From the human T2T-CHM13v2.0 reference genome, Homo sapiens, in NCBI RefSeq assembly GCF_009914755.1, contig NC_060931.1: a stretch of DNA of 64,000 bases; one strand, given 5' to 3'. Position 1 is the stretch's first letter; every line of letters begins with the position of its first letter. The notes beneath the pieces were generated by a model. That model saw only the letters and a program-made list of their open reading frames with translations. It was not told where the DNA came from and did not search any database. This document shows positions 47,201 to 64,000 of the stretch, one piece after another. The translations under genes and the position numbers were made by a program.

Positions 47201-50200
47201 GTCTCCTTTGAGCTCTGTGCTTTTGAGATCCCATATACCTAAATTCCAGTACTCCAAATCAGTACTGCTCAGTTTTAGTGACTAACTTTAAAAATATATT
47301 TTAATAGCAAGTTAGTTTAGTGCACTCTTGCTTCTTTCTTGACTGCTTGTATACATGTATATTCCTTTAAATGAATCTTGGAATTTATTTAAAAATTTTA
47401 AATTATACTAATGAAACTGTATATTATTGTGAATTCATAAGTGAATTTGGAAAGAATTTGTCTTTATGATACTAAATCTTTTTTATCCAAGAATCATATG
47501 TGTATTTATATTTATTCCAGTCTATATTTATGTCACTGAGTAAATATATAGAAATGTAGATACATACAGCTGTACTTATAGATACAAATATAGACATAAC
47601 ATGTTAAATCTATATCTGTCCCATATAACATATATACATATTATATGTGTGTGTGTATATATACATATGATTATGTTATTAAAGAGCTCCCTTAAAATTT
47701 TTCTTTTATTTCCCGTATAATTTTAGGTCGAGCTTGAATTTTCCTTGTATAAACAAGCAAATATTTATACTAGTTTTAATACTGATGTTTAGACATTGTA
47801 TCTTATTTTAGCATTGAATATTTTCACAATTATTATAAATATTATCTAATAGTAATGTACCTGCTAAAAATATTTAAATTTTAACTTTGAATTATTTTAT
47901 TGTTGAGTTAAAATTCCTTTAATATGATAATAAATTTCTATTTTATGCTTTCTCTATGCATATGCAAATTAACGTATCCACTTTTCTATCTCTTTGTAGT
48001 GACATATGAAAATCAGGCCTCTCTTCTTCTAATGGACATATACATGTTTGCATATAGAATATCAGGGTCTTTATAGCATTTAAAATCTTTAAAGACATGA
48101 ATATTGCCTTTTAACAAATATACTTTAGCATGTACTGAGAATCCCCTATTTATTTTTAATTTGGGTAATCAATATGATTATTAATATTATTGGATTACCA
48201 AATTTGGAAACACACTTTCATCCCCAAGGTGGATATTTGTTTTATTTTTTTTTTTGCCAATTTCTTGTCTTACTGTTTCAAATATTGTTGGATATTATTT
48301 TTATTTTATTTAGCATTATAGTATCAACATTTGTAATTGAGGTCCTCTACATATTTTTTCTTCAATATCTGGTGGGTTTTATAATTACTGCTATATTGGA
48401 TTTGTAGTAGACATTGACAAAAATTATTCCTGTATGTTTTATAGCTGTATGAGGGAAACTAATATATTTTACCCCTAAATGTATTTCCTTGATATATTTC
48501 AAAATGGCTATTGAGAAGGGCTGGAAATTCAAAGTTAGCTGCAAAGCTGTCTTGGGGAGATGTGCATCGGTAGAGAATCTGCCTTGATGCAGCCAGGCTT
48601 TCTCTGAGGTCTGCCCCCTTGTCTGGATCTAGGAAAGTTTAACTGAGAATCTGAGGTCTCCAAAGGTCTGAAAGAAACATTTTCTGTCTATTCTCTCTGA
48701 GGACTGCTCCCAATGAGGTTCCGCCTATGTAATAAGTCCACTGTTGCTAGCCAGGATCGTTTTCTCACATAACTTTTCTTTTTTCTTTCCCTGTGATACA
48801 AGACCCCATTCTTTTTGTAAACTTCATGTGGTAGATAAGCTTCTGCACGCATCGTGTTTCTGGGCCTTCGTTCTAAGGGCTCCAGTGTACACACATTGCA
48901 GAAACCTGTATGCCTTTTCTACTATTTATCTGCCTCCTATTAGTGATTTTCAGGGAAACTTCAGAAGGCAAAAGGGACATTCTCCTTTAGCCCATTCTCA
49001 GACAAAATTCCCCAACATTTAACTGATTCCTAATAGCTTAAAATCACTTTGAAAAATCCATATATTTATAACGTTTTCTTCCCTCTATGATTTCTGGTCA
49101 GCTTGGGTTTTGTTTTTCATTCCATTTACTTCATCCTCGAAAAGATCTATTTTACTTCTATTTATTCTCATTTATGGACATTGAGAAAAGAAAATAACTT
49201 TCATGTGAGAAATGCAAGTCCTTTTAAACAATCAGGCCCAGAGAGATATTCAAATGAGACAACAGTTCTGTCCTGCTCGTCTTTGAGCTGTGTGTTCATC
49301 TAGGCTGCTTGCTGTTGCCACAGTAGCTATAAATTAACCAATAACGCCACACCAGACACTATAATCCACACCCAATAATAGTGTAACAGTGTATAGCCAG
49401 TCACTAATAAATGTTATTTCCATAAGTCAATGAGAATTTGTGACAAACCTCTTTGCATCATCCCACTTCTGGACCCTTTTTTGCCTTTAAGAAACTGCTT
49501 GTTGCAAAGCTCCAAAGGGAGTTTATATCCAAGGATACTTGGGTCTCTTTCTTCCAGGCAGCTGTCCTCATTGTGGCTCAAGTAAACTCTTTGAATTACG
49601 TTTTGTGCTTCAGCCCCTTCCACTTAGATTAACAACATGGATTTGTGTCACCATGTACAGCAATTAAAATGTTTACACTTTTCCCCTCGAGGGCACTGAT
49701 GTGTTTTCCTGAGCACTTGCAATAGCTACGTAGTGTTTCCTGTCTAGATTATGGTTTCTGAACCTTGGTGCTACTTACCTTTAGGACCAGAGGATTCTTT
49801 GTTGTGGGAGGCTGCCCTGGCAATGCTAAGTGTTTCATTTGACCTCTAAATTTCCCACCTCCACCAGTCTTGACATCCCCACAATAACCCTAGACATTGA
49901 CAAATGTCTCCTGGGGAATACTCTCCACCAGTTGACAGGCAAAGTTCTGGAAATATTGGAATTGTCAATTGAGATTTTATGTTATCCAAAACAAATATTT
50001 TTCTTTGTTTTCAAACATCTACTTCCATCTACTTATCTACTTATTTTTGCTTTTATTTGTAACTTAATTCCATCAAGGAGACAGAGTGCATTTTCTGTTA
50101 TGATAAATTTTTGAAGAATGTATTGATTTTTTATGACCTGATATGTGGATGATATGTAGATATTACATGTTTGTATTATCAAATTTCAGGGGGTAATAAA

Positions 50201-50966
50201 ATAAATAGTTATAATATTTATATTGTCACTGTATATTAGTTATTTTCTTTCTTCACTACAGGAGTTTTGCAACCTATAGGCTATTTTTCAATTCTAGGTT
50301 ATCCAGTAGATTTTGAAATGTTATGATTAAATATCTACTTCTCAAGCATTCATCTTTGCAAATGAAACAATCCCAAGCTCTTATAATGCACATCATATAA
50401 AGGGCAGATTAGTCAATATATGGTTCAGAAATAATTATGTAATATTTATAAGAAAATTAAAAATTTAGATCCTTAACTCAGATAACAATAATACAAATTA
50501 AAATTTGATTTCATTACATAATTTAAAATGACACCAGAATACTAATAAAAATGTAGATAAATTTACATAATCTTTTTTATCTGTAGGACTTTATTAGCAT
50601 AAATTGAAATACAGGATCCAAAGTAAGATTGAGACCTATAGTCAAAGGTTAAAATGTATACATAATAGGGGCATGATTAAAATAATTTAAAGCAGAATAA
50701 CATGGAGAAATATTGCAAAACATACATTTTACTGAATTAATTGTTAATATCTAATCATTATTTGAGAACAAAATTAAACAGTAGCTACACAGGCACACAC
50801 CCACACACAACTGCAATATTGTCAAATAAACGATGTTCAGCTACACTAGAAATCACACCTGTGTTTTCTCCACAGAAGAGCAAAGATTAAAAATCACAAT
50901 ATTATATATTGTACATATGGAGGTAAAGAAAATCAAAATATTACCCAAAAATTCATTTTTTTTTGA

Positions 50967-51125
<159 letters not shown>

Positions 51126-54100
51126 TAATAGAGACGGGGTTTCACCATGTAGGTCAGGCTGGTCTCTGACTCCTGACTTCAGGTGATCTACCCACTTCAG
51201 CCTCCCAAAGTGTTGGGATTACAGGCGTGCGCCTGGCCAGCTTTTTGACATATTTCAAGATGGCTACTCGGAAGACTGGAGATAGCTTCTTCTACAAAAA
51301 TAGCTGAAAAGCTGTGTTTGTTGGGGAGATTTGTATTTGTAGAGAAAATCTGCATTGATATAGACAGGCTTTCCCTGAGTTACTCCCTTGTCTGGGTTTA
51401 GGAAAGATTAACTGAGTCTGGCACGTTTACATTTCTAAAAACCATTTCCTATCTATACTTCCCAAGAGGAGGGTTGCTCCCTGTGAGGTTTCACCCATTT
51501 AACAAGACCACCTCTGCTGCCAGGTTCCTCTTTCTTCCTTGTCGTCACCTGTCTTCCTCAAAGCCTGATTTACCAACCTACAGCTCTGTGTTTTCTGTAA
51601 CCTCAAGACAGCATACGCGTGTTGACTACCTTGCCTTTCCTGGAGTTTTTATATATATAGTATATATTTGTATATCTGTTTATAATATACAAATATTTGT
51701 ATAGATATATATATTATGTAAACTGCAAGTGCATACTTGTGCACATATCTGTAAACCTTTTTTCCTGTTAATTTGTACATTATCAGTTTATTTTATAGAC
51801 TCAAATAATTAAAGCTTCAAGGGAAAAATTTAAACTTTCCTATAGAGAAAAGACAAGCATGTAGGTGAAAAATAATATTTAGAGTGTAAGACGTTTTTTA
51901 AAGGTATATTTGCAATTTGTGTCGAAACATTTAAGTATACATTTGTTACTTTAACTATACAATTTCAAATAATTTAAGCTAAATACATAATATATGCAGA
52001 AAATTAGCAATATATCTATGTAGCACCTTACTGTGCATTACTGTAACCAGCCATCTAACATAAAGAACTAATTAAGGTAGCACCTACTTTTCAAATATCG
52101 CATTTTTTTCACAGACCAATTAAATAAGACAAATAACATATAAACTTTATTTTTAAATTTGCAGAATAGTAGTTTTCAGCAGATGGTTTATTTTAGCAAA
52201 TTCCATCTTTACATTGTGCTATGCTTTTATGAGTTCCAGCAGATAACGGATATTTTACTGCTGAAACTATCATGTGTGATATAATTGCTCATTATGTGCC
52301 TTAAAACACAGGCAATATATTTATTTTCAACTTGGAGCAAATTAAAATCTTATCAGCAATTTAAAAACTCTAGAGTCGTCTTCTTCTGGTTAATTATTTT
52401 AAACTTGTATTTTTCTCTTTATGTTTTTAGTGAGTTATCTTATCAAGGAGAAGAACTCAAGCTGATTATTCTTTTTTTCTCTTCCATCCACCTCGCAGGT
52501 GTGTTAATAATTTCATTTCTCAGAAAATGTTGTTTCATATCCATCTTACAAGATGAGAGACCTTTCCACATCTTCCATTCGGATGTCATACGAGTAATGG
52601 AACATATTCCAGCTTCATGAATATGGTGATACAAATAGTTATCCGTCTAACCTCTTTCAGTGCCAAATGTTTACTTTACTCAGTGAATTACTCAGTTGAC
52701 CGGTAATTTCTTCTGAAATCACTAATGAGAGGATCAGAGGTCTGGCTGTGGTCTATACCTCATATGACTCCCAGTGCAGACAATTGTTTCCATGGAGCAC
52801 AGACAGTTGAAAGGATTGACTTCCTGCCTAGAATAATTTCTTCTCTGCTTCTTATCCTTCTTGTGGAGGTTTCAGATTATCTGAATTGCTTTTCTATCTT
52901 AAGAAAAAACGCAATAATTCTCCCACCTGAGAGGAATGTAAACTGTAGTAAGTTAGCAGAACCAATCCGTAAAGTTTTTACATTGTTTGTTGCAAAATGC
53001 AGCGCTGGTGTCTCCATAACTAACCTTTTCTATCCCTCATTGCTCTTTCTTTGATTGCAATAGGATACCTCTAGGCAAACCTGTATTCCCGAGACAGAGT
53101 GCCCTTTGGTGCGCTATAAGTACATTCAATGGTAGGCTGAAATACTAGCTTTTATCTATGGCGAAATGGAATCGTATCAGTGATTTTTTTTAAAAAGGAA
53201 ATTTAACTCTTGCTATGGTTTGAATGCTTGCCACTTCCAATCTCATGTTAAAGTTTGATCCCCAATGTTGCAGGTGGGGCTCACTGGGAGGTGTTTGTTC
53301 CTGGGGGTTGGACTTTCATGAATGGATAATACCCTCCCTCAGGAATCTAAAGCTATCCTCCCTCCTCGGTGCCCTCAGGAATGAGTGTACCATTCTTTAT
53401 TCACCTATAATTCCCCCACCCATCCTTTTTGAGATATTGATTACATGTATGTTACACTGCTGCATATTGTCTGACGTATCAGTGAGTTTCCGGCTTTCTT
53501 ATTTTAGTTTACCCTTTGTCCTTTAGTTTGTAAATCTTCTATTTTGTTCTATAAATTTTCTGATGTTAGGGTAAAATCCATTACTTATTCTATCTCATGG
53601 AATTTTTATTTCAAATATTTATTTTTCATCTATACATGTCACATTTTTCATTTTATAACTTCTATTTTTCTCCTATGTTCAATTTTCATTTAAGTACCTT
53701 GACGCATATATGTATTTATCTATATGTATTTATAAAATATATTTACTTTAAGGACCTTGAAATTTCCTTCTTCTCTGTCATTTATAAATAACTTATTTTT
53801 ATCCTGTGAATATATGTCTTAATTATATATATCTTATGGCTTCTTTGCATGTCAGAGTTTTTTTGGTGGTATTTTGGTGTTATGCTATTGAATATCTAGA
53901 TTTGATTGGCTACCTTTGAACAATGTTGTGGCAGGCAGTTCTGTAACTTCAGGATGAGTATTTTTCTGTTGTTGTTTTAAATCTTCTCTTTAAACTTTGT
54001 TGAGTTAGTCTAGAACCATCTGTAATTTGGAGCTAAAAGAGCACTGTCACTAGGGCATGAACTTCCAGTGGTCTTTACTGAATATCCTGGAGGTAAAGAG

Positions 54101-55921
54101 GGGATTCCCTTCTCTGGCTGGTCAGAGCTAACGTGTCTTCCTGTCATGTGATGCCAGGGAAATGTTCTTCTTCCAACTCCCTGGTACAGTCCTTTGCTGA
54201 GCTCCTTAGAATTTCATCCTATGTACATTTGGCTTAGGGACTTGGGAGAATCCTTAGGCTGATTCTTGGTTCCTTTTTCTGTAAACGTTCTCTTCTACTA
54301 CACATTCCAGCTGCTTAACCTTTTTGATTTTTATGTGGTTCCTCAGTGCAATGACAATGTCTGCTCTCTCTGGGATTCCTCTCTACTGCTGTCACGGAGA
54401 ATCTGGGAATAAAGCAGGACTCATTCTGGCTCCTTCTCTTCTCTTGCCGAGCACAGTCCTGTGCTGCCTGATGTTCAGTACTTCAAAAAATTGTTTCATA
54501 TATTTTGTCCAGTTTACTATTCTTTAACTCTAAAAGTGTAACTCCAGTCCCAGTTACAGCATCATGTTCTGTAACTCTACTCCTTGTTGCTTCATTCTGC
54601 CATTGTCTGGTATGATCTCCCCTTTCCCTTCTGTAATCAGGCCAAGGGCATAATATAATACTAGTTATAACTGCACAGGTTGCCTCCGTTGTGTAAAAAA
54701 ATCACTGAGACTTAACCGTGTCCAACTTTTAATATAAGTACAACTAAAGCTATATTTTGGTTAATATTTGCATTGCATGCTTTTCCATTAATTACTTTCA
54801 ACATATTTAAAATATGAATACAAAGTATAAAAACTTTAAGAGAGTCCATTTAAAAAATCTGGTCTGGTTATGTTTTACCTGGTTTAATACAACGTGCATT
54901 GTTGAATTCAGGGTCTAATATAATTGGTACATCTGTCTATTTCCAAAAAAAAAAAAAACTTGAAAATATTTTAAAATTACTTTATCCAACTCACAACTTA
55001 TATGCTTCTGCCATTGTATGGAAGATACATTTTAAACTTTATGAGATACCATTCTGTTATACAGTCAATATCCAATTAAATTTCTCTCTATGTTTATTTC
55101 TTTCTTTAAATATTGTTCTTCTAACTGCAAACTTTCATCAGGGATCATGGCTCTTCTACCTGAAGAATAATCTTTAGTATTTCTTTTCCTGTGGGTCTGC
55201 TTGGGAGAAATTCTTTATTGTATCTTTGCTTTTGATGGATATGTCCACCAAGTAGACAGTTCTAGGTCAGCACTTATTTTATTTCAGGACTTGAAAGATA
55301 TCAATACCTCACTTGTTGGCTTTCGTTGTTTCATTTGAGAAAGTTGTTATCAGTCAACTCTTTCTCTTTGTAGTTAGCCCAATTTTTTTATCAAGTGCTC
55401 TTTACATTTTTCTTTTACTTTTCAGAAATTGTCCCATTATGTTTCTAGATGTGTCCTCTGTGTGTGTTTTCCTTTGCTTTGAAAAGCCTCCTGAACCTGT
55501 CGTTTAATATTATTGGTCAATTTTGATAAAACCTCTAACATTGCCACTTAAAATGCTGTTCAGACAAGCTGTTTTCTCCTTCTTAGCTTTCAACGTGTTA
55601 GATTATTACTCTATGCTTCATATTTTTTAAATGACCTTTCTCTACAATTTTTTTTCGTTGGTAAATCTGTATTAGTGTATATTTTGTTATTTTATTCTAT
55701 TTTATTTTATTTTATTATTATACCTTAAGTTTTAGGATACATGTGCACCATGTGCAGGTTTGTAACATAAGTGTTCATGTGCCATGTTGCTGTGCTGCAC
55801 CCATTAACTCGTCATTTAGCATTAGGTATATCTCCTAATGCTATCCCTCCCCACTCACCCCACCCCACAACAGTCCCCGAAGTGTGATGTTCCCCTTCCT
55901 GTGTCCATGTGTTCTCATTGT

Positions 55922-59766
<3,845 letters not shown>

Positions 59767-59814
59767 TTATTTTGCTCGTTAGTTGATGCAGTTTCTTCCT
59801 AGTCTCAATGGTCT

Positions 59815-60819
59815 TTACAATTTGGCATGTTTTTGCAGTGGCTGGTACCAGTTGTTCCTTTTCGTGTTTAGTGCTTCCTTCAGGAGCTCTTTTAGGGCAA
59901 GCAAATCTCTCAACATTTGCTTGTCTGTAAAGGATTTTATTTCTCCTTCACTTATGAAGCTTAGTTTGGCTGGATATGAAATTCTGGGTTGAAAATTATT
60001 TTCTTTAAGAATGTTGACTATTGGCCCCCACTCTCTTCTGGCTTGAAGAGTTTCTGCCAAGAGATCAGCTGTTGGTGTGATGGGCTTCCCTTTGTGGGTA
60101 ACCCGACCTTTCTCTCTGGCTGCCCTTAACATTTTTTCCTTCATTTCAACTTTGGTGAATTTGACAATTATGTGTCTTGGAGTTTCTCTTCTTGAGGAGT
60201 ATCTTTGTGGCGTTCTCTGTGTTTCTTGAATCCGAATGTTGGCCTGCCTTGCTAGATTGGGGAAGTCCTCCTGGATAATATCTTGAAGAGTGTTTTCCAA
60301 CTTAGTTCCATTCTCCCCGTCACTTTCAGGTACACCAATCAGACGTAGGTTTGGTCTTTTCACAGAGTCCCATAATTCCTGGAGGCTTTGTTCGTTTCTT
60401 TTTATTCTTTTTTCTCTAAACTTCCCTTCTCTCTTCGTTTCATTCATTTCATCTTCCATCACTGATACCCTTTCTTCCAGTTGATTGCATCAGCTCCTGA
60501 GGCTTCTGCCTTCTTCACGTACTTCTCGAAACTTGGCTTTCAGCTCCATCAGATCCTTTAAGCATTTCTCTGCATTGGTTATTCCAGTTATACATTCCTC
60601 TAATTGGTTTTCAAAGTTTTTAACTTCTTTGCTATTGGTTTGAATTTCCTCCTGTAGCTCGCAGTAGTTTGATCATCTGAAGCCTTCTTCTCTCAAATCG
60701 TCAAAGTTATTCTCTGTCCAGTTTTGTTCCATTGTTGGTGAGGAACTGCATTCCTTTGGAGAAGGAGAGGCACTCTGCTTTTTAGAGTTTCCGGTTTTTC
60801 TGCTCTGTTTTCTCCCCAT
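59815..60819 (-). pseudogene. L1 ORF1p, disrupted (mirror copy)
   Basis: 215-aa piece identical to the left arm. Confidence 0.92.
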
Positions 60820-61395
60820 CTTTGTGGTTTTATCAACTTTTGGTCTTTGACGATGGTGATGTACAGATGGGTTTTTGGTGTGGGTGTCCTTCCTGTTTGT
60901 TAGTTTTCCTTCTAACAGATAGGACCTTCAGCTGCAGGTCTGTTGGAGTGTACTAGAGGTCCACGCCAGACCCTGTTTGCCTGGGTATCAGCAGCGGTGG
61001 CTTTAGAACAGCGGATTTTCGTCAACCACAAATTTAGCTTTCTGACCATTCCTCTGGAAGTTTGGTCTCAGAGGACTACCCTGCCGAGTGAGGTGTCATT
61101 CTGTCCCTACAGGGGGGTGCCTCCCAGTTAGGCTGCTCGGGGTTCCATGACCCACTTTAGGAGGCAGTCTGCCCTGTCTCAGATCTCCAGTTGCATGCTG
61201 GGAGAACCACTACTCTCTTCAAAGCTGTCAGACAGGGACATTTAAGTCTGCAGAGGTTACTGCTGACTTTTTGTGTGTCTATGCCCTGCCCCCAGAGGTG
61301 GAGCCTACAGAGGCAGGCAGGCCTACTGGAGCTGTTGTGGGTTCCACCCAGTTCCAGCTGTCTGGCTGCTTTGTTTACCTAAGAAAGCCAGGGCA

Positions 61396-61650
61396 ATGGC
61401 GGGCCCCACTCCCCCAGCCTTGCTGCCGCCTTGCAGTTTGACCTCAGAGTGCCATGCTAGCAATCAGCAAGACTCCATTGGCATAAGACCCTCCAAGCCA
61501 GGTGCGGGACACAATCTCCTGGTTTGCCGTTTTCCAAGCCTGTTGGAAAAGTGCAGTATTAGGGTGAGAGTGACCCGATTTTCCGGGTGCCGTCTGTCAC
61601 CCCGTTCTTTGACTAGGAAAGGGAACTTCCTGACCCCTTGTGCTTCCTGA
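61396..61650 (+). CDS. L1 antisense ORF0, open, 84 aa (mirror copy)
   Basis: ATG at 61396 in gcaATGg context; same translation as 15216-15470. Confidence 0.7.
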   Translation: MAGPTPPALLPPCSLTSECHASNQQDSIGIRPSKPGAGHNLLVCRFPSLLEKCSIRVRVTRFSGCRLSPRSLTRKGNFLTPCAS

Positions 61651-61844
61651 GGCAATGCCTCACCCTGCTTCGGCTCCCACAGTGTGGGCTGCACCCACTG
61701 TCCTGCACCCACTGTTTGGCACTCCCTTAGTTAGATGAACCCGGTACCTCAGATGGAAATGCAGAAATCACCTGTCTTCTGCGTCGCTCATGCTGGGAGC
61801 TGTAGACCGGAGCTGTTCCTATTCAGCCATCTTGGCTCCACCCC

Positions 61845-62252
61845 TCATTTCATTATTTCATCATTTCATCATTTCACTTCATTTCATCATTTCATTTCAT
61901 CATTTCATACCATTTCTTCATTTCATTTCATCATTTCATTTCATTTCACCATTTCACTTCATCATTTCATTTCAGCATTTAATTTCCTCATTTCATTGCA
62001 CCATTTCATTTCATCATTTCATCATTTCATTTCATCATTCCATTTCATCATTTCATCATTTCATCTCATCATCTCATTTCAGCATTTCATTTCATTTCAG
62101 CATTTCATTTCATCATTTCACCATTTCATTTCATCTCATCATTTCATTTCATTTCATCATTTTATCATTTCATTTCATTTCATCATTTCATCATTTTGTT
62201 TCATCATTTCATTTCATTTCATGTCATCATTTCATCATTTCATTTCATTTCA
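61845..62252 (-). repeat. (ATTTC/ATCATTTC)n satellite, mirror copy
   Basis: Reverse complement of 14614-15021; ORFs across it are identical. Confidence 0.97.
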
Positions 62253-64000
62253 GTGATACATGTATTTAAGTGCTAATGTGATGCCCAGGAAACACCCTAT
62301 TTCCCTTTGTAAAACACCTCCTTAAACAAAACTCAACCTCTCCTGGCTGGCTAAGTCTACAGGGATACCAGCCTCTCTTCAACCACCCAGTTTGATTCAG
62401 AACCTCAAACAGCACCTCAGTTTCATAAAAACCTAAAACATAAACACAACACTTGGTTGTAAGTGAGCCAACAGTTTCTTGTCTCTTTCTCTACTCAAGG
62501 CTTAAGGCCGTGTCTCCCCAACTTTGATCAGTGGAAGAAAAGATCCCCTGGACAAATAAGTTTGAGAACTGTTGTTGCAGGACTTCTGAGAACCTTTAAA
62601 ACACAAATCCTCATCCGCAGGGATCTTCAGGAGGGAGATGGCTGTTGCAGCACAACTTTCTTTCACAGGAGTATCTTGCACAATACAGTATGAGATGCAG
62701 AAAGGCTGCACTGAGTCTTTTTAAGGGCCAGGGCCTTTGTGGTGGTGGGGAAGGAGCTCTCCAGATAGCATCTAATGAGTGGGAACATTCAGGTTGCTTT
62801 TTTTTCCTTACTGGCAAAACTGTGTGTGCATCATGAATGAAGCTGGTCTCCCTCATCCATATCAAAACTAAACCCAAATTAATTGGCTAAATTGGGACTC
62901 AACAACTCAAGGAGCCATGCGGTAGAAAGCCCCACCACACGTTAAAGTAGCTTGCCTCATCATATTTGAGGAAAGCAAAACGCTTATGACAAGTATGCTG
63001 CTAATACAAGTCAACAGATAATTCTGTATGAAAAATTATTTTTCCCAATCATAGCTAGCATAGTCCACATTTTGCATTAGACCTTCCCTCCTTTTTTAAA
63101 ATTTTAAACACAGGTCCTTTTCTCTCCATTTTTTAATTTTTAATTTAATTATACAAGACGGAGTCTCAGTATGTTGCCCAGGCTGGTCTTCAACTCCTGA
63201 GATCAAACGATACATCCATCTCCGCCTCCCAAAATGCTGAGATTACAGGCCTGAGACACTGTGCCCGGCCTTAAACACAAATCTTAATTCATTCTTACAA
63301 TTATCCTGCGGTTATAAAAATGGAAGGGGAAGAAAAATGGCAAGCAGGTAGACTGACTTCGGCTTCATTATTTGGAAGGACAGTTTGCTCGGTTAAAACA
63401 CACTACTGCCTACAAAGGCTAAGACAACAGAAAAATACAGATATATAAATAGATTTTATATGTGAGAGCAGTTTGAATGGAAACTTTTTCAAAGCAAATG
63501 GCAAACAGCTGTCCTTGGGAATAAATGACAACGAATTTTTTTTTATCTCAACAGCTGTCCTGAGAGCATGTCTCTACATCTCTACCTGCATTCTGGAGAC
63601 AGGGAGAAAGCCAAAACGGACGACAAGACACTAGATCAGCCGTTTCCAATCCTTTGACTACAAGGACATTTCTGCCTATCTGTGGTGGTGGGTATCATGA
63701 AAATTATGCACAAACTTTTTTTTTTAAGCTCATCAGCTATCAGTAGCAGTAGTGTATTTTATCTGTGGCCCAGGAGCATTCTTCTTCCAATATGGCCCCG
63801 AGAAGCCAAAAGACTGGACACCTGTGCACTAGATCAAATGGCTACTCCTTCTGGAAGCAATTGTAAAGAATTTCTGACATTATCTTGACATGAAAACCAT
63901 TGGATAGTGGGACAGAATGCAAAATCTTCAAGAATTTTTCTTGTTGGTTTTTTTTTTTTTTGAGTCAAGGTGTTGCTCTGTGGCCCAGGCTGGAATACAC

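Overview
Hominoid (human or great-ape) genomic DNA with the mosaic structure of a pericentromeric segmental duplication. There is no intact protein-coding gene. The dominant structure is a large palindrome: 12866-36129 is the reverse complement of 40738-64000 (arms at least 23.2 kb, running off the right edge), around a 4.6-kb spacer. Spot checks found only 4 substitutions and one 1-bp homopolymer indel between the arms. Each arm holds a (GAAAT/GAAATGAT)n array, a full-length inactivated L1PA3/4-type LINE-1 with an open ORF0 and an open endonuclease domain, a twin-primed L1PA2 inside an AluJ, and older repeats. The spacer holds a 610-bp polypurine tract at the arm boundary, an LTR5_Hs-like HERV-K solo LTR and a truncated Alu at the fold-back junction. 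Left of the visible arm are a 1.15-kb GC-rich ~21-bp tandem repeat fused to a duplicated KSR1 exon 1 fragment, and AT-rich DNA with old L1M/L2/Alu relics. I see no new gene system; the novelty is structural. Repeat subfamily names come from remembered consensus sequences and need RepeatMasker/Dfam confirmation.
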